Shown: positions 17,705 through 26,889, counted from the first letter of the stretch. The stretch: DNA of 64,000 nucleotides from an uncultured virus (IMG/VR IMGVR_UViG_3300033141_005858) (IMGVR_UViG_3300033141_005858), one strand, 5' to 3'. The notes: generated from the sequence alone by a model not told the origin. Numbers and translations are program-made.

Positions 17705-19087
17705 TTAATCAAATTCCTCTAAAACCTCAGACCCAAACTCATACATATGCTGATGAGCAAAATCCGCTTTAAGCTTAAAAACTATATTTGCATTTCCATC
17801 TCGTAACTTTAAAACTTCTCCCTTAATATCATTCGGAGAATCTGTATCAGCCCAAAGTGCAAAAATCACATCACTTAAACGCTCAGCTTCAGAAGTACTG
17901 GCTAAACCAGAAAGACTTGCCCTCCTCTCTCCACGAGGTCTCTCCTGTGCCTGTTTCAACTCTTCTCTCGTAAGATGATGAGGAGAAATAACAGGTACTC
18001 CTCTATTTGCATGTGTCCTTGCAATTGTCTTAGCCCCCTTCATCAAATCAGCCTTCTCTGCAAAATCTGCCCTCCTTCTAATCGTTGGAACCATGTTTCG
18101 AATATCATCTAAAAGCACAACATCTACCTTAAAACGAGTCTCATATTCTAAAAGCTTCCCTGAAAGCCAATCCATAGTCGCCTTCGCCGGAGCTTGAACA
18201 AGCATCAGCCTCCCATGATCTCCTTTCTTTAAAAACTCTTTTAATTGTAAAAGAGTCTTCCGTTCTTCCTCACTAAGATCTCCACTTTTAAATTTTTTTG
18301 TGGTTATCGGAGTTTTAAATAAAGACTCTACCGTCAACCTACTATAAATTCTTCGCCTTAATTGTGACCTTTTTGTCTCTGTTGTAACATAAACAACATT
18401 CTTCTTTTGATTCAATATCAAATGTACTGCAATATTAACCAAAAGTGTTGTCTTACCACAACCCGGACCTCCCGCAATTAAACAAAGCTCTCCACCCTCC
18501 AAACCCAAAATTTCATTATCTAACTTTGGAATTCCAAAATTAATAGGTCTAAATTGAGCGGCTTTCGACTTTGCTTTAGCCACCTCTTCAATAAAGTTAC
18601 CAATATCCTCCTCTAATTCCCCCTCTTGAGCCTCATCAATGGAAGCTCCCTCCAAATTAGCCAGTTCTTTTAATACATAATTTTTCGCTTTCCCAAAACT
18701 TCCCTCTGCCAACGTTTTATCAGCTTCTTCTAATAATTTACTAAACTTATACTCTTTATATAACTCCTCAACTCTACCCACATACCAAACAAACTCAGCC
18801 TTATCCACATCATCAGAAACTTCCTTTAAATCATCTACAGCTTTCTCTAAAAGAAAAATCCTATCCTCACTCACCTTCTTAGCTCTCAAAAACCTACGCA
18901 ATTGCTTAACTTTAAGTAAACCACCAGAATCTTTATAATAAAGATTTAAAAGATTCCATAAAGCCTTTAAAGGATTATAAAAATATTTTGACCTTAAACG
19001 ATTCCGCGCAATATAAAAATCTGAAAGTTCTGCTTTATAAAAAAGATAACCAATAACCGCTCTCTGTGCTTCTTCTTGCGTATACAT
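17705..19087 (-). CDS. dnaB: DnaB-like replicative helicase
   Basis: Walker A GGPGCGKTT, YVTTE, VVLLDD and KLRDG motifs. Confidence 0.9.
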   Translation of the reverse strand: MYTQEEAQRAVIGYLFYKAELSDFYIARNRLRSKYFYNPLKALWNLLNLYYKDSGGLLKVKQLRRFLRAKKVSEDRIFLLEKAVDDLKEVSDDVDKAEFVWYVGRVEELYKEYKFSKLLEEADKTLAEGSFGKAKNYVLKELANLEGASIDEAQEGELEEDIGNFIEEVAKAKSKAAQFRPINFGIPKLDNEILGLEGGELCLIAGGPGCGKTTLLVNIAVHLILNQKKNVVYVTTETKRSQLRRRIYSRLTVESLFKTPITTKKFKSGDLSEEERKTLLQLKEFLKKGDHGRLMLVQAPAKATMDWLSGKLLEYETRFKVDVVLLDDIRNMVPTIRRRADFAEKADLMKGAKTIARTHANRGVPVISPHHLTREELKQAQERPRGERRASLSGLASTSEAERLSDVIFALWADTDSPNDIKGEVLKLRDGNANIVFKLKADFAHQHMYEFGSEVLEEFD

Positions 19088-20593
19088 TTATTCCCTCACC
19101 AAAGAAGCTAACTCAATAGCATCTAATTTCGGAAATGCATCTGACCGCTCACCCCATAACTCATCAGTCAAAGCACTCTCATACTTTAACCTCTCCCAAA
19201 GCCTCTCCTCAATGGTACCCCGACACAATAAAGGATAGACAACAACATTCTTATTAATACTCCCTAACCTCCGAACTCTTCCAATTAATTGAATCATCCT
19301 CTGCGAATTTAATATTAAATTAACTAAAATTAAATATCTAGCCGACTGCAAATTTAAACCGGTCTCCGCAGTACCAGTCACTATTAAAATATTACATTGG
19401 TTTGTATCCTGAAACTTCCTCCGCACTCTCTCATGTAACTTTTTAGATTCTCCTCCTAACATAACACCATAATCATATCTTCCCATCTTCTTCAATCTCT
19501 TCTTAATCAAATCAACAGTTTTCCGATAAAAAGAATAAATAACAACCTTTTCATCCCCCAGCTTATCATCAATAAACTGCTCTATTGCATCTAATTTACA
19601 AGATTCATCTGTCTCTAAACCTGCCTGAGCAGTACTAGCACACACTTGAATCATTGAATGAAATCCTTTATTTACAATATCTTTAATGACTCCCTTATCC
19701 AACTCCTTAATAATTCTCTTTCTCAATTGCCCATAAATGCTCTTTTGCTTTGGTGATAGATCTAACCAAACCGGTTTAAGTATCAATTTAGGCAATTGCT
19801 CCCCAACCTGTTTAAACGTCCTCTTAATAAAAAATGGATATAACTTCTTCTGCAACTCTCGCTTATTCCGCATCCCAATTTCTTCTCTCTTCCAAAACTT
19901 TCTCCCATCCTTTCTCGTGATCTGAGTCTTCCTAACAATACAATAACGATTCTCAAAACCAATCTTAGTCCCAAAAACTTTATTCAAACCTAATGCCTCT
20001 AATAAAGAATGTAAATCGAGAAGTGATTTTTGTTTTGGTGTCGCGGTAGCTAAAACTACCCGTTTAGCCCCCGCAGTAAGATTCTTTATAATTTCTGCTG
20101 TTTTAGTATTATGATTCCTAAAAAAATGAGCATCGTCCATAACCCAACACTTCACATTTAAGTCTCGTATTAACTTCCAATCTCTCCATAAAATCTGATA
20201 GGATATTATAAGCACCTTCCACATTTTACTAATATAATATTGTACCCGCTCTCTTGAATCTCCTACCCCCAACGCCACATCAATATCTGAAAATTTCTTA
20301 AACTCTGAATCCCACTGATATAAAGTTGAAGGGGGAGCCACAACAATCCACCTCCCTTCTTCCTTACCAAGAAACTCTAAAAGCTGAATCAACCCAATAA
20401 CCTGAGCAGTCTTACCAAGCCCTGTAGAATCAGCTAATATCGCCTTCTTTGCCGCTGCCAAAAACAATACCCCCCGAACTTGAAAAGGATATAAAGAAAG
20501 TTTCAAACCAAAATCCCCAATCTTCCGAATAATCTGGTCCTGAGTAAACTCTTCAGAATATCTTTTAATTTTAACAGCTTTTCTATAAGACAC
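19088..20593 (-). CDS. SNF2-family helicase/translocase
   Basis: LYPFQ, ILADSTGLGKT, DDAH, ATATP, GLNLQ.A and Q..GRVRRLG motifs. Start moved to the GTG at 20593 after GAGGAAGGA. Confidence 0.92.
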   Translation of the reverse strand: MSYRKAVKIKRYSEEFTQDQIIRKIGDFGLKLSLYPFQVRGVLFLAAAKKAILADSTGLGKTAQVIGLIQLLEFLGKEEGRWIVVAPPSTLYQWDSEFKKFSDIDVALGVGDSRERVQYYISKMWKVLIISYQILWRDWKLIRDLNVKCWVMDDAHFFRNHNTKTAEIIKNLTAGAKRVVLATATPKQKSLLDLHSLLEALGLNKVFGTKIGFENRYCIVRKTQITRKDGRKFWKREEIGMRNKRELQKKLYPFFIKRTFKQVGEQLPKLILKPVWLDLSPKQKSIYGQLRKRIIKELDKGVIKDIVNKGFHSMIQVCASTAQAGLETDESCKLDAIEQFIDDKLGDEKVVIYSFYRKTVDLIKKRLKKMGRYDYGVMLGGESKKLHERVRRKFQDTNQCNILIVTGTAETGLNLQSARYLILVNLILNSQRMIQLIGRVRRLGSINKNVVVYPLLCRGTIEERLWERLKYESALTDELWGERSDAFPKLDAIELASLVRE

Positions 20594-20616
20594 AGAATCC
20601 TTCCTCTTTAAATTTT

Positions 20617-20759
20617 TGATCCGCTTCAAAGCGATGGGTTTCTAGCTCATTTTGGCTCACTTTTTTTAAATGGGTTTCTAGCTCGCTTCGATATGATGGG
20701 TTTCTTAGAAGAGATGGCTCACTTAAATATTATGGGCTCCTTTCAATCCATGGCTCGCG
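20617..20759 (-). ncRNA. TIGR-like dual-repeat guide RNA array (4 units, 36-nt period)
   Basis: Alternating 9-nt repeats AG(C/T)GAGCCA and AGAAACCCA separated by unique 9-nt spacers; one unit has a 10-nt deletion. Confidence 0.8.
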
Positions 20760-20768
20760 TTTTCTTCT

Positions 20769-20801
20769 ATTATATATACCCACCCCAGACACTTTCTGCA
20801 A
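20769..20801 (-). promoter_or_regulatory. Putative sigma70 promoter upstream of the TIGR-like array
   Basis: TTGCAG-17 nt-TATATA, with an overlapping TATAAT about 10 nt before the first repeat. Confidence 0.55.
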
Positions 20802-20807
20802 TTTCAT

Positions 20808-21110
20808 TCATAAAAGCAACTTGATAATGATCCCAATTAAAGACGCAGTTAAAGGAAGCAGGCTCCATTTTATCCACCTTACTACCCTTTTCATATCCTT
20901 AACATCACTAGGGATCTGTTCAAACTTTAACAAAAGTTTATTTTGATCTTCACACAACTTCTTTTGTAAATCAACCGATTCTTCAATTTTATCTGCAACC
21001 TTATCCAATTTCATAGAAATTTTAGCATTGGCTTTTAATTGCTCTGAAAATAAATCAAGCAGAATCCCATTCCTTATACCAACATCTGAATCTTCACTGT
21101 ATTTATCCAT
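20808..21110 (-). CDS. Coiled-coil protein with C-terminal TM helix (holin/XhlA-like candidate)
   Basis: Coiled coil followed by WIKWSLLPLTASLIGIIIKLLL; lies at the end of the tail operon. Confidence 0.55.
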   Translation of the reverse strand: MDKYSEDSDVGIRNGILLDLFSEQLKANAKISMKLDKVADKIEESVDLQKKLCEDQNKLLLKFEQIPSDVKDMKRVVRWIKWSLLPLTASLIGIIIKLLL

Positions 21111-21121
21111 TTTCTACCCTT

Positions 21122-22369
21122 TCAAATCGTATCTTTATATTTCTGAACCACAGCACAAGGAACATTAAGATTAATAACCGAAAGATCATACTTCCAGCCA
21201 TTCTCAGCCCCTGGTAACCTAAGTTCATCTGTTCTATGACCATACATAAGCTCTAACCCAAAATTCTGATCTATTATAATTTGATTGATTAATCTTAAAG
21301 CTTCTGCTTTCTTCATCAAAAACTTCTTACCCCCTATCCTTGACCCATCACTTGAAGCCATAAAACGATTAATTGGTATTTGATTTTTAAGTTCATTATA
21401 TTTTTCTAAACTTGCTACATGATGAAGCTGATAAAGACACTTCTCTTCAATCCCTAAAGGCAAAGCAGAATAAGGCAAGGCACTTCCTATCATCTGCCAG
21501 CGATACATCTTTACACCGGGTGTTATTTTTTGGATCTCTTCATTCACAATTTCACATATCCTATCATGCCATTCTTTTACCGGTGGTACCTCATTACCAG
21601 GGTTAAACCCCAATGATGTATTCCACCCAGGTCTCTTATACTTTACTTCTTCTTGCCAAATAATACGCACCACATATCTAGTAAATTTTTCAACATATTT
21701 AAAACTTTCTGAACATATATCAAAAGCTTTTTGAGGCTTATCATCAATCTGTTTAAGCCAATGAGTACCCCAAGAAGCATTGTCTCTATAATGCATCTGA
21801 CAAAAATCCCAAAGACCAATCGACCTAAATATCTCCCGTTCTCTTAGTATCTCCAGTCTTTCCAAAAGTAACCGCTTCCAGGTAGGATTAATATAATCCT
21901 CTATATCTTCATTAAGACTTGGTAAAAGATATACACCATGCTCGTTTTTAAGAAAAGGCTTTTCAATCCAAACTTCAAATTTTCCAGCCCAAGATGTATG
22001 ACCAATAAAAACTCTAGTCCCAGTACAAGCATCCTTCTCAGCAACCCGATCCCAAAATTTAACAGCTTCTTTCTTTGACAATTGTGCTTCTCTCACATAC
22101 AAAAATTCAGGAAAGAAAACTGTAAAAAGATAAGTAGGATAACCCTGCCTCTGCATAGAAGCAATCGGACGTACTTCTTCACTTATCTTAGGAACCTCTA
22201 TCCCAGGTTCTGGCAAAGGTGGTTCTGGTTCAACAGGTACTGGTTTATTTTTAGGTTTATGCAAATGTAAAAATACTATAACAACAAAAAGAACCGCACA
22301 AATAATTATCAATACCATATTATACCTCCTTCCAAACTCCAGAAACTTTGACATATACTTTTTCAACAC
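21122..22369 (-). CDS. Membrane-anchored glycoside-hydrolase-like TIM barrel (endolysin candidate)
   Basis: N-terminal TM helix, Pro-rich linker, GNE motif resembling the clan GH-A acid/base; lysis-cassette position. Confidence 0.5.
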   Translation of the reverse strand: MLKKYMSKFLEFGRRYNMVLIIICAVLFVVIVFLHLHKPKNKPVPVEPEPPLPEPGIEVPKISEEVRPIASMQRQGYPTYLFTVFFPEFLYVREAQLSKKEAVKFWDRVAEKDACTGTRVFIGHTSWAGKFEVWIEKPFLKNEHGVYLLPSLNEDIEDYINPTWKRLLLERLEILREREIFRSIGLWDFCQMHYRDNASWGTHWLKQIDDKPQKAFDICSESFKYVEKFTRYVVRIIWQEEVKYKRPGWNTSLGFNPGNEVPPVKEWHDRICEIVNEEIQKITPGVKMYRWQMIGSALPYSALPLGIEEKCLYQLHHVASLEKYNELKNQIPINRFMASSDGSRIGGKKFLMKKAEALRLINQIIIDQNFGLELMYGHRTDELRLPGAENGWKYDLSVINLNVPCAVVQKYKDTI

Positions 22370-23039
22370 TTTTCCACACCCCAGAAACCCTAACAGAAGG
22401 AGTACATTTTTTCCAATTTCCTGATACTTTTGCGTATATTTCTGGGGTTACGGCGATTAGCCTAGCACCCGCAGCAGCAAACCTGTTTAGAGTTCCCCAT
22501 GTTATCGTTCCGTTGCCGACTTTTGTATCGCCAACTAAATACCAGGGATTTGATGGACTACAGAAGAACCTCTCTACCTGACCACTTCCTCTTCCGTTTC
22601 GGGGATTGCTATAGCCAGACCAGACAGCCCCCACAGCCCAGTCGTTCGCTCCGACACTCCCTATGCTAAGAGTGCAGTTTGAGCCATCTGGATCACCCTT
22701 ATCAGTAGCTGCGTTACCTATGCCACTGACTCCAGAAAACGACATGCCACCTAATCCTTTCATATTACCCGCTGCACTAAATGTAGCAGAGAGAGATTTC
22801 ACACCAGAAGGTGGTGATAACATGTAAAACATCTTGATTCTTCTCCAAGTTCCCGCCGCCGATGCTATGAGGGTCATATCGACTCCATTAAACTTTGGAA
22901 CCGGAGTGCTTTGATTGTTAGAACCGCAAGTCCACGCTAGAACTATCCTGTTGCTTCCAGAACCCGCATCTAGATTTAATTGTACAGATGCAGAACTATC
23001 GTCTGTTAAACAATCCGCATCAATAATTGATATAGCCAT
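22320..23039 (-). CDS. Tail fibre / receptor-binding protein
   Basis: Gly/Ser-rich beta domain; C-terminal (Y/V)xKVSGxWK repeats typical of phage fibre tips. Confidence 0.75.
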   Translation of the reverse strand: MAISIIDADCLTDDSSASVQLNLDAGSGSNRIVLAWTCGSNNQSTPVPKFNGVDMTLIASAAGTWRRIKMFYMLSPPSGVKSLSATFSAAGNMKGLGGMSFSGVSGIGNAATDKGDPDGSNCTLSIGSVGANDWAVGAVWSGYSNPRNGRGSGQVERFFCSPSNPWYLVGDTKVGNGTITWGTLNRFAAAGARLIAVTPEIYAKVSGNWKKCTPSVRVSGVWKSVEKVYVKVSGVWKEV

Positions 23040-23048
23040 TTTCTATTC

Positions 23049-24659
23049 CTAAGCTGTATATTTCAGCCAAACGTCCCCATCAGAGCCTCCACTAGGATCG
23101 CTTGTACTAATGGTTATTTTCCTATGTCTATCAGATGCGTAATTCACTAATGAATTATGGTCAACTGTATCTGAGCCTCCTGACTGATGACTGCTTGCGT
23201 GAGCCTTAGGAGTCCTCGTTGCTGACTTATCATCAAGCTCCGCATCGCTTATCTTGGAGTTCAGATTTGCCAATGTATCTGCATTATGCTTGTCTCCACC
23301 AAGGTCGTGAGCAATAGGAGTCCTTGGCTCCGACTTATCATCAAGCTCCGCATCGCTTATCTTGGAGTTCAGATTTGCCAATGTATCTGCATTATGCTTG
23401 TCTCCACCAAGGTCATGAGCCGGTATTCCGCCGGTTGCCTCTGCTATCCACCTGCTTGTACTCTCGTCCCAGGATAATACATCATTGTCATTTGGCGTTT
23501 CTGCGTTCACGTCCACCAAATCGCTGAGCTTTGGGGGGAAAGTCGTAGGGAACAATTCCTTATACGCCGACGCAACAGTTAATAGATTTGCTCCAGATTT
23601 TTGAACTACGATTTTTGCAGCCAGGATTCCAAATTCACTGACTAATTCCGGGACAGTGTCAGGAAGCACTGCGTTTTCAGCCTCAGCCAGTTTATAATTT
23701 CCCTGCCCATAAACCACATTTATGTCGCTATCAAAATGGACATAGACCCAGTGGACCCCATAGCGGTTTGTTGTAAGTGTCGCAAGAGCCCCAGAACCAT
23801 CATCATAATGGATATTGTCGATTTGTTGCTGACCTGTGACTTTTGTCCAACCACCCCCACCGTCTCTATACCAGCAGGTAAACCTATCTGCCCCAGACGT
23901 ATCCTGTGCCGAAGTCTCTATCTTATTAAGCCCGAAATAGAAAACGCCGGCACCAGAGGTCAGGTATCTCTGTCCGGTCTCTGATATTTCCCCGCCAGAA
24001 GCACGCTCGAACCCTCTGACGTTTATCAGCCTTTCGTGTTCGTTGTATGCTAGTTCAGTTAACCTAATCCCATAACTTAGGATATGAAGTGTCGTCCCTT
24101 CTCTATAGACTTTACCCAGGATAAATTCTGTCCGCCCATCAAGCGTAGTTCTATCGATCGTCACTCCTATAACGGGGGAACCACCATTATAATTCATATA
24201 AACATAATTTATCTTACTGTCAGTTAAGGCTATTCCCGTATCAGCGTCCCAATCAAACGATTTTGTCAGCCCTGTAGGTGAGTCAGTCGTTTTTATAAAC
24301 CCAGTCCCTGCTGCCACGTCTATTGTCCCGTTATGTGCTGCGTTCTCTGTTATCTCCCCGCCAGAGATACGCCCAGCAGATTGTATGATATTCAGCCAAT
24401 CTTGGAGATCATCATAAGTCGGTGTTGTTCCTATGCTTTCTATTGAAATGTCATCAGCACTTATATTAAACAAACTATTACTCAATTCACCAAAACGATT
24501 AGTTAAAACCGGCTTTAATTTATCTTCCACCCCACGAGATCTTCGTATAAAATCCTTTTTTAAGAAGAAAAAGTTCTCTCCTCTATGTGCCAAATTAGCA
24601 GGCTGTGAGGCATGTTTATTGAACTTCTCAAAATCTGCAAATTTCTGTTTCTTAGCCAT
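23049..24659 (-). CDS. Tail fibre protein
   Basis: LSDLVDVN...VLSWD....W motif, AHASSH..GGSD motif, PSGGSDGDVW end, internal duplication. Confidence 0.8.
   Translation of the reverse strand: MAKKQKFADFEKFNKHASQPANLAHRGENFFFLKKDFIRRSRGVEDKLKPVLTNRFGELSNSLFNISADDISIESIGTTPTYDDLQDWLNIIQSAGRISGGEITENAAHNGTIDVAAGTGFIKTTDSPTGLTKSFDWDADTGIALTDSKINYVYMNYNGGSPVIGVTIDRTTLDGRTEFILGKVYREGTTLHILSYGIRLTELAYNEHERLINVRGFERASGGEISETGQRYLTSGAGVFYFGLNKIETSAQDTSGADRFTCWYRDGGGGWTKVTGQQQIDNIHYDDGSGALATLTTNRYGVHWVYVHFDSDINVVYGQGNYKLAEAENAVLPDTVPELVSEFGILAAKIVVQKSGANLLTVASAYKELFPTTFPPKLSDLVDVNAETPNDNDVLSWDESTSRWIAEATGGIPAHDLGGDKHNADTLANLNSKISDAELDDKSEPRTPIAHDLGGDKHNADTLANLNSKISDAELDDKSATRTPKAHASSHQSGGSDTVDHNSLVNYASDRHRKITISTSDPSGGSDGDVWLKYTA
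23224..23420. repeat. 89-bp tandem duplication (108-nt period) in the tail fibre gene
   Basis: 23224-23312 vs 23332-23420, 1 mismatch; encodes AHDLGGDKHNADTLANLNSKISDAELDDKS twice. Confidence 0.95.
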
Positions 24660-24669
24660 CTAAAATCTC

Positions 24670-26070
24670 CTAAACCATACAAACCCCACCTTTCTTTATT
24701 TGGCTATTATCTCGCAAAGATAACTTACCTAAATCAGCTAAAATATCCAAAGCCACACTTACTTCTATCCTAGTCAAGCGACAATAATTTGGCATCACTA
24801 GCTTTCGACTACCCATCAACTTGGCATAAGTAGCATTACAACCCTTCATACAAAATTGCCGAGCCATACAATCATCACAATCAAACCCTTCTCTAACATC
24901 TCCTCTTACCTGACGCCTTTCTAAAGACCGAGTCTTAAATAATGTAAATTCATCCCAACCATTCCAAACATCCCCCATCGCCCATTTATCTGGATTATTG
25001 TAACTACCATAACGTTGGCATGCATATAACTTCCCTCTCCAATCAATAGAAGCACTATTCCAAGCAACCCCACACATTCTACCTTCCGGAGGATTAGGGC
25101 TCCTCAATTGACTTAAAACAGTATTAAGGAATTTAAGATTAATATTTACACCACTTCTCTGAGCATATTTATAATACTCTCCTAGCTTCTCTAAAAGATG
25201 CCGGTAATCCATTAATTGTTTCTCCGACCAATCAGTTTCAAAATCTGGCTCTATTGCAATTGACTTAAAACCTTTATTCCTTAAAAACCTAAAATCATCA
25301 AACCAATCACCTACAGTTTCCGGAGTTATTGTAGGTCGGATCTCAATATTAGGAAACCTAGACAAAATCTCATCTACTGGAATATCATCAAAAGAACCTT
25401 TACCATCTTTATAAATTCGATTCAAATCATGCGTCTCTTTTCTCCCGTCAATACTCAAAAGAAAAGGATTCCTTGAATTAAAATTCTTCTCTATCCAATC
25501 CAGACGCTCTGTATTTAATAAAGTACCATTCGTGGTCATCCCCCAACCCACACTCACTCCGTTCTTTTTAGCTAATTGATTTCCAATATTAACGATATCC
25601 TCCAATTGACTCCATCTTGTAGTTGGCTCTCCCCCAAAAAAATGACACTTTATATTTTTATGGGGTTGAATTTCAAATAACCACTTCAACATTTGATGCA
25701 TCGTTTCTTTAGACATATTCCCAGGGTTGGTTGTAGCATAACAATACCTGCAAGCTAAATTACATCCACTAGTATGATGAATAAAATACACCATCGGCAT
25801 CCCCCCGCCGCTCTTCTTTTGACCCGCTGTCACATCGCTACCAACTCCCTGTTGGCAAGTATAACAATTCCTACAAAGTTCCATTAAAGTTTTTTTCTTT
25901 TTTTCAATACCCTTCTGCCTCATATCATTTACAGTCACACCCCCATCAACTCCCTGTTGACAAGTATAACAATTCCTACACAAACTTTCTTTATTATCTT
26001 TCTTATTGTCTCCTCCATAACTAACTTCACAAGTATAACAATTTTTACATATTTCCTTCTTTTTATCCAT
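24670..26070 (-). CDS. Radical SAM/SPASM peptide/protein maturase with N-terminal CxxCxxC repeats
   Basis: CNLACRYC, FFGGEP, TTNGTLL and LSIDG motifs; SPASM CG...G.LYAC and CxxCx5Cx3C...C. Start moved to the ATG at 26070 after AGGAG. Confidence 0.93.
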   Translation of the reverse strand: MDKKKEICKNCYTCEVSYGGDNKKDNKESLCRNCYTCQQGVDGGVTVNDMRQKGIEKKKKTLMELCRNCYTCQQGVGSDVTAGQKKSGGGMPMVYFIHHTSGCNLACRYCYATTNPGNMSKETMHQMLKWLFEIQPHKNIKCHFFGGEPTTRWSQLEDIVNIGNQLAKKNGVSVGWGMTTNGTLLNTERLDWIEKNFNSRNPFLLSIDGRKETHDLNRIYKDGKGSFDDIPVDEILSRFPNIEIRPTITPETVGDWFDDFRFLRNKGFKSIAIEPDFETDWSEKQLMDYRHLLEKLGEYYKYAQRSGVNINLKFLNTVLSQLRSPNPPEGRMCGVAWNSASIDWRGKLYACQRYGSYNNPDKWAMGDVWNGWDEFTLFKTRSLERRQVRGDVREGFDCDDCMARQFCMKGCNATYAKLMGSRKLVMPNYCRLTRIEVSVALDILADLGKLSLRDNSQIKKGGVCMV

Positions 26071-26081
26071 TACACTCTCCT

Positions 26082-26861
26082 TTATATTCCCTGCACTGTA
26101 ACACACACCTGACAGGTAGATACACAAGATTCACATGTATCACAAAACTGGCATGTATCACACGAATAACAACTTACATTCAACTGACACGTATTACACT
26201 TTTCACATGAATCACATAGATTACAATTTACCTGATTCTGGCAAGTATTACAAACATCACACGCTGCACAATCCTGTGCTGTGTTACACACCTCGCATGT
26301 ATTACATTTTACACAACTCACTGCACTCTCACAAGTATCACATACATCACAAGTAGCACAATCCTGTGTTGTGTTACATATTTGACAAGCATCACACATA
26401 TCACACACTTCACAATCCTGTGCTGTGTTACATACCTGGCAGGTATCACATTTTGCACAGCTTACCTGGCTCTCACAGGAATCACATATATCACACACTG
26501 CACAATCCTGTGCCGAAACACACACATCACAAGTATCACACACTTGACAAGCATTACATACCTGGCATGTATTACAAGTTTGGCAACCACCCTGATCTGT
26601 ATTACAAGTTTCACATGAATCACATAGCTCACAAGAATCACAAAAATAACAACCACTCTCCGCAGTATTGCACACCTCACACGTATCACATAATTCACAA
26701 GTCTGGCAACCCGCCACATTTGTTTCACAAGTATCACACACCTGACAAGTTTCGCACGAAACCACTCCCTGCTGGCAAACATCACACACCTCACAAGCAG
26801 AACATTCCGCCGTATTACACAACTGACAAGTATTACATAATTCGCAAGCTCCGCAAGCCAT
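26082..26861 (-). CDS. Cys-every-third-residue (Cxx)n repeat protein, putative rSAM substrate or tail component
   Basis: 70 Cys in 259 aa (manual count); lies directly upstream of the rSAM gene. Confidence 0.85.
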   Translation of the reverse strand: MACGACELCNTCQLCNTAECSACEVCDVCQQGVVSCETCQVCDTCETNVAGCQTCELCDTCEVCNTAESGCYFCDSCELCDSCETCNTDQGGCQTCNTCQVCNACQVCDTCDVCVSAQDCAVCDICDSCESQVSCAKCDTCQVCNTAQDCEVCDMCDACQICNTTQDCATCDVCDTCESAVSCVKCNTCEVCNTAQDCAACDVCNTCQNQVNCNLCDSCEKCNTCQLNVSCYSCDTCQFCDTCESCVSTCQVCVTVQGI

Positions 26862-26889
26862 TTTAAATTCCTTTATTCATTATAATATC

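Noticed and set aside
20617..20759. CRISPR array
   Set aside because: Repeats and spacers are 9 nt with two alternating repeats, and no cas operon is present. It fits TIGR architecture instead.
26071..26127. N-terminal extension MCIYLSGVC... of the rSAM ORF
   Set aside because: It overlaps the upstream gene; the AGGAG RBS supports the ATG at 26070.
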